A stretch of 64,000 bases of DNA from an uncultured Gemmatimonadales bacterium (GTDB lineage: Bacteria; Gemmatimonadota; Gemmatimonadetes; Gemmatimonadales; GWC2-71-9): NCBI GenBank assembly GCA_963779755.1, contig CAVZZO010000001.1, positions 1,216,001-1,280,000 of the forward strand, in the 5' to 3' direction. Numbering within the stretch: position 1 is the first letter of the stretch; each line of letters starts with the position of its first letter. The notes under the pieces are model-generated. The model saw only the letters and a program-made list of their open reading frames with translations. It was not told where the DNA came from and ran no database searches. Shown piece by piece: positions 51,320 through 60,094 of this stretch. The translations under genes were made by a program, and so were the position numbers.

Positions 51320-52078
51320 ATGCGCATCATCACCTTTCTCTCCGACTTCGGCCTGGCCGACAGCTACGTGGGCGAGGTCAAGGGCGTGCTGGCCAGCCTG
51401 GCGCCGGGCGCCATGCTGGTGGATATCGCGCACCAGATCCCTCCCGGTGACATCCGCGCTGCGTCGCACATTCTGAGCCGGGTCTGGCATCGCTATCCGG
51501 CGGGCACGGTGCACCTGGTGGTGGTCGATCCGGGCGTGGGCACGACCCGTCCCGCGCTGGCCTGCGGCCACGGCGGATCGTGGTTCGTGGCGCCGGACAA
51601 TGGCGTGCTCACCCCGGTGCTGGAGGCGGGAGCGACGGAGGTCGTTGCCATCCCGGTCTCCGATGGGGCGGCTCCGACGTTTCACGGCCGCGATGTCTTT
51701 GCCCCCGCCGCGGCGCGGCTCGCGGCCGGCGATCCGCTCAGCGCGCTGGGTGCGCCCCTGCCGGAGGCGCCCCGGCGACTGGCGGCCCCGGCGCCGCGCT
51801 ACGAAGGGAAGACCGTGGTGGGCGAGATCGTCTATCAGGACCGGTTCGGCAATCTGGTGACCAATCTTACGCCGGAGCACGTGCCGTCCTACGCGGTGCT
51901 GGAGATCGAAGATACGACCGTCGGCCCCCTGCGGCGCACCTTCAGCGAGGTGTCCGCCGGCGAGCTCCTGGCGTACCTGGGCTCTGGTGGGACGGTCGAG
52001 GTTGCCGTGCGCGACGGCTCGGCGGCGAGGCGGCTGGGGATCGGGGTGGGGGGGAGGATCAGGGCGCGGTTGGGATAG
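51320..52078 (+). CDS. DUF62 SAM hydroxide adenosyltransferase (SAM hydrolase)
   Basis: SDFG..D.YVG, VVDPGVGT.R, APDNG, TFHGRDVFA, DRFGN. Confidence 0.9.
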   Translation: MRIITFLSDFGLADSYVGEVKGVLASLAPGAMLVDIAHQIPPGDIRAASHILSRVWHRYPAGTVHLVVVDPGVGTTRPALACGHGGSWFVAPDNGVLTPVLEAGATEVVAIPVSDGAAPTFHGRDVFAPAAARLAAGDPLSALGAPLPEAPRRLAAPAPRYEGKTVVGEIVYQDRFGNLVTNLTPEHVPSYAVLEIEDTTVGPLRRTFSEVSAGELLAYLGSGGTVEVAVRDGSAARRLGIGVGGRIRARLG

Positions 52079-52163
52079 GAGGTACCCGGCTGACGGGTGA
52101 CATGCGCGGCCGGGTGGCGCGAAGCAGCAGGTCGGATCGCGGGAGCCGGGTCTCCGGCCCGGC

Positions 52164-53120
52164 TCAGTGCCGGTTGCGCGGCAGGTAGTCGCCGCTTTTG
52201 AGGTCTCGGGCCCAGGCCTCGAAACCCGGGGCGATGTCCTCCAGGGATGGAAGCAGCGACGCGGTGTTCCACCCGGCCGCCTTCTCCCACACGAGGCGGT
52301 TCTTCAGCATCCGCAGGAAGTCGAGCCCATGCTCCTCGTAGACCGCGGCGGCTCTGAGGTTGAGCAGGTTTTGATACCAGCCGTACGTCCGGGCGATCTC
52401 ATCCGGGGGCAGGTCGTTCATAAACCCCCAGTCCAGCGACAGCACGGAGGGCGTGAAGCTCTCGATGACCCCCACCCACGTCGCCTTCGCCGCCTCGGCC
52501 CACTCGCCGTCGGAAACATGGAGGTAAGCATAGGCGAAGTAATTGGCGAGGAGCTCGTCGAACCAGGAAACCGGGAGATCATTGCGATCATCGGCAGGCC
52601 GGAAGTATGCCTTGGCGGCGAGGTGGCCATACTCATGCAACAGGATGAAATCCGCCCGGCGTCGATCTTCCAGCTCACTCGGGCCCTGAACCAGGAACCC
52701 CTCTTTGAGCGATGATGGCATGAAGATCAGCCGCTCAGGAATGGAGGCCCACGGGATGGCGTAGGGAATGCCGGGATGTTCGGAGAACCAGTGCTCCGGC
52801 CCGAGGGCGGCTATCCGGACGTCGAAGGCGATTCCGAGTTCTCGCTCGAAGAAGGCGGCCGCCGCTTCGCAGAGACTGGCGAGTTGTCCCGCTCTTTCCC
52901 GGTCAGCCGAAGCGAAGTACACAGTGACGCGCCCGACCTTCATTGTGTCAAGGCCGAGCGCCTCGACCCTGGCGAGCGGCGAGGGGTCCTGACCCTGTGC
53001 CGGGGCGGCAGATAGTGTGCCGGCCAGCAGGAGGCCACCTGCCATCATGCGGACGAGGGCTGCACCCGTGCGGCGCGGCGCGTTAGGGAAATGATGGTCA
53101 GACGTGGCACGTCTCCTCAT
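52164..53120 (-). CDS. Secreted hypothetical protein with gluzincin motif
   Basis: Signal peptide ending APAQG; LHEYGH...WFDELLANY. Confidence 0.7.
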   Translation of the reverse strand: MRRRATSDHHFPNAPRRTGAALVRMMAGGLLLAGTLSAAPAQGQDPSPLARVEALGLDTMKVGRVTVYFASADRERAGQLASLCEAAAAFFERELGIAFDVRIAALGPEHWFSEHPGIPYAIPWASIPERLIFMPSSLKEGFLVQGPSELEDRRRADFILLHEYGHLAAKAYFRPADDRNDLPVSWFDELLANYFAYAYLHVSDGEWAEAAKATWVGVIESFTPSVLSLDWGFMNDLPPDEIARTYGWYQNLLNLRAAAVYEEHGLDFLRMLKNRLVWEKAAGWNTASLLPSLEDIAPGFEAWARDLKSGDYLPRNRH

Positions 53121-53145
53121 GATCGTCCCCCCTGTTTCCGGCGGT

Positions 53146-54597
53146 TCAATAGGCACTCTCCCGTGCCGTCGCCTTCCTGGCCGTCGCCACGAGTTTGTCG
53201 AGCGCCGCGCGATCGAACAGCCTTCCAGCGAGAACGACGGCGGCGATGCGCATGGTGTTCCGGATGTCCTCGAGGGGGTTGGCGTCGAGCAGCACCAGGT
53301 CCGCCAGCTTGCCCGGCGCGACCGTGCCAAGGGAATCCGTTGCCTCCAGGAAACGCGCCGGGTTGAGCGTGGCCGTTCGCAGCGCCTCCAGAGGGGTGAG
53401 CCCCGCGCCGACAAGCAGTTCGAGCTCCTTGTGGAGGCTGTACCCGGGAACGACGAGGGAATTACCGAGATCAGTGCCGGCGAGCAGCGGAACGCCCGCG
53501 CGGTGGAGGGCGCTCACCATCGCGGTGTCGGCGGTCAGGATCGCCTTGTCCGTCTCCCGTGGCCCCTCCGGAGATGCATGGGCCTCGTCGGACCATCGCC
53601 GCAACTGATCCGGTGGTACGGCGGCGCGCACCGCGGAGTCGTTGAGCAGGGAGTCCGGATACACGGCCGCCCAGGGGATCGCCAGATCCGGCATGACCCA
53701 GGTGCCGTTTCGAAGCAGTGCCCGGATGGCGGGCGCGCACTGCCCGGGATTCCACGTGCGCGCGAGCGCTGCCTGGATGCCCACGTATTCCTGGTAGCTC
53801 GATGGCGGGTTCGTGGCCATCCTGGATCGAATGGAATCGCCGACGGATGAGCAGTCGAGGAAGAATGTGTCCGGATGCTCGATGCTGCGTTGGCCGGCGT
53901 CGGCCGCTTCGGCGACCCGAACGGACGTCGGCACGTGACCGACGAACGGAATCCCGCGCTGCTTCGCCTGGTCGGCGATGGCGAAGTATACATCCCGCGG
54001 CAGCCGATCGTACACCTTGATGAAATCGGCGCCACCCGCAGCCAGCGAGTCCACCGCGGCACGCGCGGCCGCCGGCGTGCCCAGGGCCACAGACCCCCGA
54101 TGGACCGGCACCGGTCCGTCGACGACGGGGCCGTTGGCGATAAAGCGCGGACCGGGCAGGCTTCCGTTCGCGACTCGGCGTTTGATCGCCTGCGTGAGCT
54201 CGAGCGCGGTATCGACGCTGGTGTGCATGTTGCGGACACCGGTGATCCCGAGTGCGATGAAGAGCGGGAAGTGCCATGCGACGTTCGCCGCCGAGTGCAC
54301 GTGCATGTCCCACAGGCCGGGGATTAGGTACCTGCGCGTCCCGTCGACCACCTGGGCGCAGCGGCCCGGGTCCACATCGGCGGACGGAGCGACCCGGGTG
54401 ATGCGGTCTCCACGGATGACCACCGACCGGTCGCGCGTCAGCGCGCCCGTCCTCGTATCCAGGACCGTAACCTGCGTGATGCAGAGCGGCTCCCCGGCAA
54501 GTCCGGGGCTGTCCTTCCGTAGAAAGGCCTGGTCCTGCGCCACCGCCGCCGCCGCCCACAGGCTCACGATGATCGCCGCGAAGATGACTGATCGCAT
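53146..54597 (-). CDS. Secreted amidohydrolase family protein
   Basis: Signal peptide; PGLWDMHVH, FIKVY, GH, SIEH, AGTD, AT.NPA..L, GKLADLV.LD.NPL. Confidence 0.92.
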   Translation of the reverse strand: MRSVIFAAIIVSLWAAAAVAQDQAFLRKDSPGLAGEPLCITQVTVLDTRTGALTRDRSVVIRGDRITRVAPSADVDPGRCAQVVDGTRRYLIPGLWDMHVHSAANVAWHFPLFIALGITGVRNMHTSVDTALELTQAIKRRVANGSLPGPRFIANGPVVDGPVPVHRGSVALGTPAAARAAVDSLAAGGADFIKVYDRLPRDVYFAIADQAKQRGIPFVGHVPTSVRVAEAADAGQRSIEHPDTFFLDCSSVGDSIRSRMATNPPSSYQEYVGIQAALARTWNPGQCAPAIRALLRNGTWVMPDLAIPWAAVYPDSLLNDSAVRAAVPPDQLRRWSDEAHASPEGPRETDKAILTADTAMVSALHRAGVPLLAGTDLGNSLVVPGYSLHKELELLVGAGLTPLEALRTATLNPARFLEATDSLGTVAPGKLADLVLLDANPLEDIRNTMRIAAVVLAGRLFDRAALDKLVATARKATARESAY

Positions 54598-54700
54598 AGC
54601 CTGTCGCTCCTACCACCGGCCGCGGGCAAAATCGGCCATGCCGACGATGGAGATTCACGTGCACCCGTCCCCGCGTCTGTCCGCACCGGAGAGTCGGGCC

Positions 54701-54706
54701 TATAAT
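54701..54706 (+). promoter_or_regulatory. Consensus -10 box TATAAT upstream of the BTAD regulator
   Basis: Perfect TATAAT 47 nt before ATG 54754; no convincing -35. Confidence 0.45.
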
Positions 54707-54753
54707 AGGACAACGGCCTCAACGGCCGGTCATCGTCTCCTCAAAGGCTCGCC

Positions 54754-57228
54754 ATGCCACGACTTGCTGCCCTCGGAGGCCTGGCACTGCTCGACGGCCA
54801 GGGCCTGCTCGTCGGGTCGGCCGGGCGGGGCCGGAACCTGGCCCTGCTCGCGATCCTGTCTCGCTCCGGAGAGGCGGGGCTCGGACGCGAGAAGATCGCC
54901 GCTCTCCTCTGGCCCGAGCGCGACGAGGAGCACGCCCGCCACTCCCTGGACCAGGCCGTCTACAGCCTCCGCCGGGCCTTCGGCGCGGATGTCGTCGTGA
55001 CGCGAGCCGGCTCGCTGACACTGAATCCGGCCGTCGTCACCAGCGACGTCGCAGCGTTCGAGCGGGCCCTGGAGGTGGGGGAGGAGGAACGGGCCGTCGA
55101 GCTGTACGCCGGTCCCTTTCTCGACGGCTTCCACCTGGACGCCTCGCCCGAGTTCGAGCAGTGGGTCGACCTCGAGCGCGCGCGCCTCCAGCGGGCGTAC
55201 CTGAGCGCGCTGGAGCGGCTCGCGAAGGCGGCCGAGGACCGGGATGCGCGCGCCGACGCAATTCGATACTCGCGGAGCCTCGCCGATGCGGAGCCGCTGA
55301 GCGCGCGGCTGACGCTCCGTCTCATGCGTGCACTGGAAGGCGCGGGAGATCGGACGGGGGCCCTGGAGGTGGCGATGGCGCATCGGGCGCGCGTGCGAGA
55401 GGAGCTCGACGCCCCACCCGAGCCTGCCGTGGCAGCGTACGAGAAGGAGCTCCGCCGCGAGCCCGAGTCCCGCCCGTCCGCGGCAACCGGAGCGAGCGCG
55501 ACCTCCGGGCAACCCCCGGGACCCGGCGGAGGGGCTGCGGCTCCGCAGGCCGCCAGGAAAGGCCGCCGCTGGCGAGTCGCTCTTGGACTCGGCCTCGGCA
55601 CGGCCACGCTGCTCGTAGCGGGAGCGCTCCTCTCTCCCCAGGGCGGGCGGGGCCCGCCCGGCGCGCTCCCGCGGGTGGCGGTCCTTCCCTTCGAGAACGA
55701 GACGGGCGACCCGGCCTTCCGGGCCCTCGGTCGGATGGCCGCCGACTGGATCACCGAGGGACTGGTGCGGACCGACCTGGTGCAGGTGGTCGAACCGGCG
55801 AGGGCAGGGGAGGCGGAAAGCGTCGTGGCCGGCCGCATCTACCGGACGGCCGACAGCATCTGGCTCCGGGCGCGCGTCACACGCCCCCGGAACGGCCTGG
55901 TGCTGAGCGTGCTGGATCCGGTCGGGACCCGCTCCACGCGGCCGGCCCTGGCCCTCGAGCCGCTGCGAGACGGGATCCTCGGGGTGCTGGGGACACTCTA
56001 CGACCAGCGAATCTCCGGCTGGGCCGGAGCGGACGCACACCCACCCTCATACGCCGCGTATCGGGAGTTCGCCGAGGGGATCGAGCGGGTTTCGCTTCCT
56101 CGGGACCTCCCGGGCGCTGCCGAACACTTCCGGCGCGCATCCGACCTGGATCCCGAGTACCTGCTTCCGCGCCTGTGGCTCACCTGGACGCGCATCATGG
56201 CCGGCGACTTCGAACGGGCCGACTCCCTGGCGGAAGCCCTGCGGAGCGCGCGCCCCCGAATGTCCCGCCTGGAGAACGCCTGGCACAACCGTATCGTTGC
56301 CCTGCTGGCGGGAGACAACGAGGGCTCCTTCCGGGCCGCCCTCCGGATGGTGGAAGCCGCTCCGGGTTCGGGCTGGGCCATCGCGCTTGCCAACGCGGCC
56401 CTCGACACGAATCGCCCCTCCGTCGCGATCTCCGCGCTGCTCGCCGCCGCACCTGAGGGGCTGGGGCTCGAGAGCGCGTACGGGCAGTTCCTGCTCGCCG
56501 CCGCCTACCATCTGGTGGGCAACTACGACCGGGAGCTGGAGGTCACCGAGGAGACCGTGCGGGCCCACGGGCTGGGATGGGGATTCGTCGGCCCCGGGAT
56601 CCCAGGCCTCGCCGCCCTCGGGAGAATCGACGAGCTGCAGCGCCGTCTCGAGGAGCTGCAGGACGCCCCCTCGTTGGAGGGGGGGCGTCCCGCCGGGCCG
56701 ACTGCCCTGCTCACGGCAGTGACGGAGCTCCGGACGCACGGCTTCACACGTCAGGCGGAAGCGCTCTTCCGCAGGTGGTCGGGCGAGGACGGCGGGCGGG
56801 ACCGGATCGGAGCATGGACGGATTCCGCCGCCCTGCCGATCCGGATCGACCTCCTGTACGAGGCGGGTCGGTGGGACGCCGCGGCGGGCCTGCTTTCCGA
56901 ATTACCGAGGCGGGGCGATCACGACCTCTTCCCCGAAGGGATGCGCGGCCTGCTCGCGGCCCGGGTAGGGGATACGGCCACGGCACGGCGGATTGACCGC
57001 GAGCTGGCCCGGCTCGATCGGGAGTCCTACCGCTTCGGCGAGCCCACGTTCTGGCGCGCTCGCCTCGCCGCCGTGCTCGGGAGGCGTGCCGAGGCGGTCT
57101 CTCTGCTTCGTCAGGCCTTTGGCGAAGGCCAGGGAGCGCCGGCCTGGTACCGGGTCCACGCCGGCCGGGACTTCGACGTGCTGAAGGACCGCGAGGACTT
57201 CCGGCAGCTCATCCGGCCGCGGCCCTGA
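54754..57228 (+). CDS. Membrane-anchored SARP/BTAD transcriptional regulator with C-terminal TPR region
   Basis: REK..ALLWP, ARHSL.QA.Y.LRR, SDV..FE, LY.GPFLDGF, FE.W...ER; TM helix; VAVLPFEN; TPR-like helices. Confidence 0.85.
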   Translation: MPRLAALGGLALLDGQGLLVGSAGRGRNLALLAILSRSGEAGLGREKIAALLWPERDEEHARHSLDQAVYSLRRAFGADVVVTRAGSLTLNPAVVTSDVAAFERALEVGEEERAVELYAGPFLDGFHLDASPEFEQWVDLERARLQRAYLSALERLAKAAEDRDARADAIRYSRSLADAEPLSARLTLRLMRALEGAGDRTGALEVAMAHRARVREELDAPPEPAVAAYEKELRREPESRPSAATGASATSGQPPGPGGGAAAPQAARKGRRWRVALGLGLGTATLLVAGALLSPQGGRGPPGALPRVAVLPFENETGDPAFRALGRMAADWITEGLVRTDLVQVVEPARAGEAESVVAGRIYRTADSIWLRARVTRPRNGLVLSVLDPVGTRSTRPALALEPLRDGILGVLGTLYDQRISGWAGADAHPPSYAAYREFAEGIERVSLPRDLPGAAEHFRRASDLDPEYLLPRLWLTWTRIMAGDFERADSLAEALRSARPRMSRLENAWHNRIVALLAGDNEGSFRAALRMVEAAPGSGWAIALANAALDTNRPSVAISALLAAAPEGLGLESAYGQFLLAAAYHLVGNYDRELEVTEETVRAHGLGWGFVGPGIPGLAALGRIDELQRRLEELQDAPSLEGGRPAGPTALLTAVTELRTHGFTRQAEALFRRWSGEDGGRDRIGAWTDSAALPIRIDLLYEAGRWDAAAGLLSELPRRGDHDLFPEGMRGLLAARVGDTATARRIDRELARLDRESYRFGEPTFWRARLAAVLGRRAEAVSLLRQAFGEGQGAPAWYRVHAGRDFDVLKDREDFRQLIRPRP

Positions 57229-57270
57229 TGCCGACCGCCGCGTCTCGAGGAGCTTGACAGGTTTGCCGAG

Positions 57271-57343
57271 CCTCGACCCTCTCGACTCTCTCGACCCCCT
57301 CAGGCAGGTACGACAGGGTCGAGGGGCTCGTGAGGTTCGAGGG
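57271..57343. repeat. TCGACCCTC-family nonamer inverted repeat element between convergent genes
   Basis: cctcgaccctctcgactctctcgaccccc...gggtcgaggggctcgtgaggttcgaggg. Confidence 0.8.
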
Positions 57344-57360
57344 CTTCAGCAACTCATCCC

Positions 57361-58182
57361 CTAGTCCGGCCCCTCCCCGCCCACCAGATCCTCCACCGTC
57401 CCGCGCCGGTAGCCCGACGGAATCGCGAACTTGCTGTCCGGCACGGCTCGAGGCTCCCAGCTCAGCACCTCCTCTACCACGTAGTCTCCCGCCGGCCTGC
57501 CGCCCGCCAGTTCCAGGGTCTGGATCATGACGGGGAAGCCTCGCTCCGTAAGGCCGGCCATCACGGCATCGGCCGGCTGGTCGCCGTCGGTGGTCGGCGC
57601 GCGAGTGGCCCGCGCCAGGTCCGCGAAGAACCGTTGGAGGTTGGCGGGCCGCGATGAGAGCCACGCCACCGTGATGCCGTCTTCATCGCGCGTCTCCCAG
57701 CCGGTCGTCTGGAATCCGTTGATGGTCCGGGTCTGACCGTTCTCCCTCAGGCTGGCGTCGGCGCTGTCGGCGGCGGCATTGGCGTCGGCGTAGAACGCGT
57801 CGGCGCTATCGCCCGACCACTCCACGTACACTCGTTCCGCCGGCTGGACCGCGAGATAGCTCCGGCGGCCCAGGTCCATGACGGTGTATCCCTCGCCGGG
57901 ATCCCCGGGGTCGAGCCGGATATGCTGGCCCTTGATCGTGAAGGTCTGGAGCTCTACCTCGGCCAGGGAATCGCCCTCGGGCGTCTGCATTGCCAGCAGG
58001 CGGGCGGGCGGCAGGGCCAGAAGCTGGTCGGGGGAGAGTTGCGCCAGCTCCGGAGTCATGGTCGGATCCACGGTGATGATCCGCATCCGCAACACGCCCT
58101 CGGCCTGCTGGCCCATGAGCGTGGAGGAGCCCGCAACTGCAAGAATCAGCAGGGGAAGGACGGCTCGGCTGTAGGTACGCAT
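57361..58182 (-). CDS. Secreted DUF4412-like protein
   Basis: Signal peptide; G.TRTING..T..W, GFP, VPDS.F.IPSGY. Confidence 0.7.
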   Translation of the reverse strand: MRTYSRAVLPLLILAVAGSSTLMGQQAEGVLRMRIITVDPTMTPELAQLSPDQLLALPPARLLAMQTPEGDSLAEVELQTFTIKGQHIRLDPGDPGEGYTVMDLGRRSYLAVQPAERVYVEWSGDSADAFYADANAAADSADASLRENGQTRTINGFQTTGWETRDEDGITVAWLSSRPANLQRFFADLARATRAPTTDGDQPADAVMAGLTERGFPVMIQTLELAGGRPAGDYVVEEVLSWEPRAVPDSKFAIPSGYRRGTVEDLVGGEGPD

Positions 58183-58422
58183 GGATGCGGCAGATCGCCG
58201 CGGGGTGGAGACCAGGGAAATCTAGCGTGCTGCTGACCGGTTGCTAAGGAGGTGGCGGCGGCATTGCCCTTGAACCTTGGCGTCCGGGCAGCCGACCGCA
58301 GCAGCCTGCCGGTTTCGCCCCTCCCGACTCTGGTGGGAAGATCCCCATACCGCGGGGGTAGGAACGCCGCTTGCGACTGCGAGGAGGCTACTTCTGCGGC
58401 TCCGCAGATGACGGAATGACTG

Positions 58423-58962
58423 TCATTCTGTGCGCCTCCGTGTATCCACCGCAATCCAGTTCTCGATCCAGGTGTGACCGCCGTCGGAGGAATAGGATTG
58501 TGCGAAGTGTGCCGAGCTCGCGGTGACCTGAGAGATCACAAATCGGACCAGCACGAAACGGCCGTCCACGGTGTCTTGTCCGTAGAACACGCCGCGGCCG
58601 TGCTCGAAACCGCCGTAAACGGGCGATGTCAGCACACCGTCGCGCATGTTCGCGAAGTTGAGGCTCCATTGGTGCGATTGTGGGTTGTACAGCCTGAGCG
58701 ACACGCCTTGGATCCGGCGCTCGCCGCTGGCGACGTCGAGATCGACCAGATTGGCGCGCCCATCCGCGAAGGCGCGCACGGTCGACGTGCCGCGAAACTC
58801 CGTCCACGCAGCATCCTCCGATAGGGGCGCGCGCACGCGGACCTGGGTTTCCCAAGTGCCGATCTCCCAGTCGAAGGCGCGCGCGCCATCGGCCTGCTGC
58901 GCCGCGGCCGAACTGGCGCAAGCGGCCACGAGCAGGACAAGCGGAGAGAACATTCTCAGCAT
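58423..58962 (-). CDS. Secreted hypothetical beta-barrel protein (DUF1579-like)
   Basis: Signal peptide; FDW.IG.W, LRLYNP...QW, QSYS.DGG.TW..NW. Confidence 0.75.
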   Translation of the reverse strand: MLRMFSPLVLLVAACASSAAAQQADGARAFDWEIGTWETQVRVRAPLSEDAAWTEFRGTSTVRAFADGRANLVDLDVASGERRIQGVSLRLYNPQSHQWSLNFANMRDGVLTSPVYGGFEHGRGVFYGQDTVDGRFVLVRFVISQVTASSAHFAQSYSSDGGHTWIENWIAVDTRRRTE

Positions 58963-59108
58963 GACGTCATCGTTTGGTCAAATTGTCGGGATCATCGATT
59001 GCCACGACTTCGAAACCGATGCTGCTCAGGCCTTCTTCTCGGATCCGCGCCCCGACTCGGGTGGGCCGGGTCGGCATCCAGGGCTTGCATCTTGGACGTC
59101 GAACTCGC

Positions 59109-60017
59109 CTAGCGCCCCCACATCACCTGGATGTCGCCCACTGCGCTGGTTACGGTGATGTCAAGGTGGTGCGGATGGGCGGCATAGCCCTCGGAGAGAT
59201 AGCGGTCGCCCTGTTTCATGAACCCGCCGGGGTTGAAGCTGGCGAGGAACCGGTCGAGATGGATCGCCACGCCCATGTCCCGGGGCAGCCGCAGGTGCAG
59301 TCCTCCCAGCGCCAGCTTGATGGAGACCTGCACATCCTCTTTCCAGGCGCCGGTCAGATCGAGCCTGACCTCTCCCATCCCCCCCTGGAAGGTGATCTGC
59401 CGGCACCGGCTGTTGCCCAGAGTCGCGGTGGTGAACTCGGCGGCGCCGGCATTGAGGTTGAGAGCCTCGCAGACGGCGGGGTTGGGCCGGGAGAAGCGCA
59501 GCCGCGTCTTGCTCGCAGCGGTGCCGATGGTGGCCTGCCGTAGGCGCAGCCCGCCCAGGTCCAGATCGGCCTCGGCGGCGCCGAGGCTGGCGTCGAGCTC
59601 GAGGGGCACCTGGGGCGAGAGCGCCAGCTCGGCGTGCTGCTGCAGCTGTCTCCGGCTGCTGACCCGGATGCCGCCCCCGCCGGCGCTCTCCAGGCCGAGC
59701 ACTGCCTGGCCGGTGGCCGGGTCATAGCTGGTGAGCGGCTCGAAGCGCTCGGCATCGTAGGTGAGTCGCAGGTCGTACAGCATATCCGAGCGGCTGGCCG
59801 AGACCGACAGGCTCCCCGCCGCAAACTCGATCCGCGCGCGAAGGACGGATTCTCCGTGGTACTGCCGGGCCGCCGTAGCGGTGCGCATCTGCTGGGCACG
59901 CGCCGGGGCTGGTGCCAGGCTTGCGATTGCCGCAACGAGCAACAGACCGCGACACGGAGACACGGAGGCACGGAATAGTGCGGGGCAGGTTCGATAGCTG
60001 CTGGTCCGGTATTTCAA
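59109..60017 (-). CDS. Secreted LiaF/toast-rack (DUF2154-like) beta-solenoid protein (start uncertain)
   Basis: Repeated G.GE..LDL.G motifs, C-terminal SAVGDI.V; last gene of the ECF operon. Confidence 0.7.
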   Translation of the reverse strand: MKYRTSSYRTCPALFRASVSPCRGLLLVAAIASLAPAPARAQQMRTATAARQYHGESVLRARIEFAAGSLSVSASRSDMLYDLRLTYDAERFEPLTSYDPATGQAVLGLESAGGGGIRVSSRRQLQQHAELALSPQVPLELDASLGAAEADLDLGGLRLRQATIGTAASKTRLRFSRPNPAVCEALNLNAGAAEFTTATLGNSRCRQITFQGGMGEVRLDLTGAWKEDVQVSIKLALGGLHLRLPRDMGVAIHLDRFLASFNPGGFMKQGDRYLSEGYAAHPHHLDITVTSAVGDIQVMWGR

Positions 60018-60094
60018 ATCATTTCCCTGGTGGTTCTTTCCGTGTGGCTTCCTGTAACCGCTCCGTGTCTCCGTGTCTCCGTGTCGCAGTTAGC

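Noticed and set aside
51320..52078. Fluorinase/chlorinase and a halometabolite cluster with fabH and MATE
   Set aside because: The Asp-Arg-His residues typical of DUF62 SAM hydrolases are present (VVDPG, TTRP, TFHGRD), and the neighbours are ordinary housekeeping genes.
52080..57270. Integrative element or transposon boundaries around the BTAD module
   Set aside because: No integrase, transposase, tRNA target or flanking direct repeats visible.
58250..58330. c-di-GMP-I riboswitch-like sequence (GGCGAAACC...GGACGCCAAG, minus strand)
   Set aside because: Only a loose resemblance; I cannot find the GNRA-capped P2 or P1/P3 pairing. An Infernal scan would be needed.
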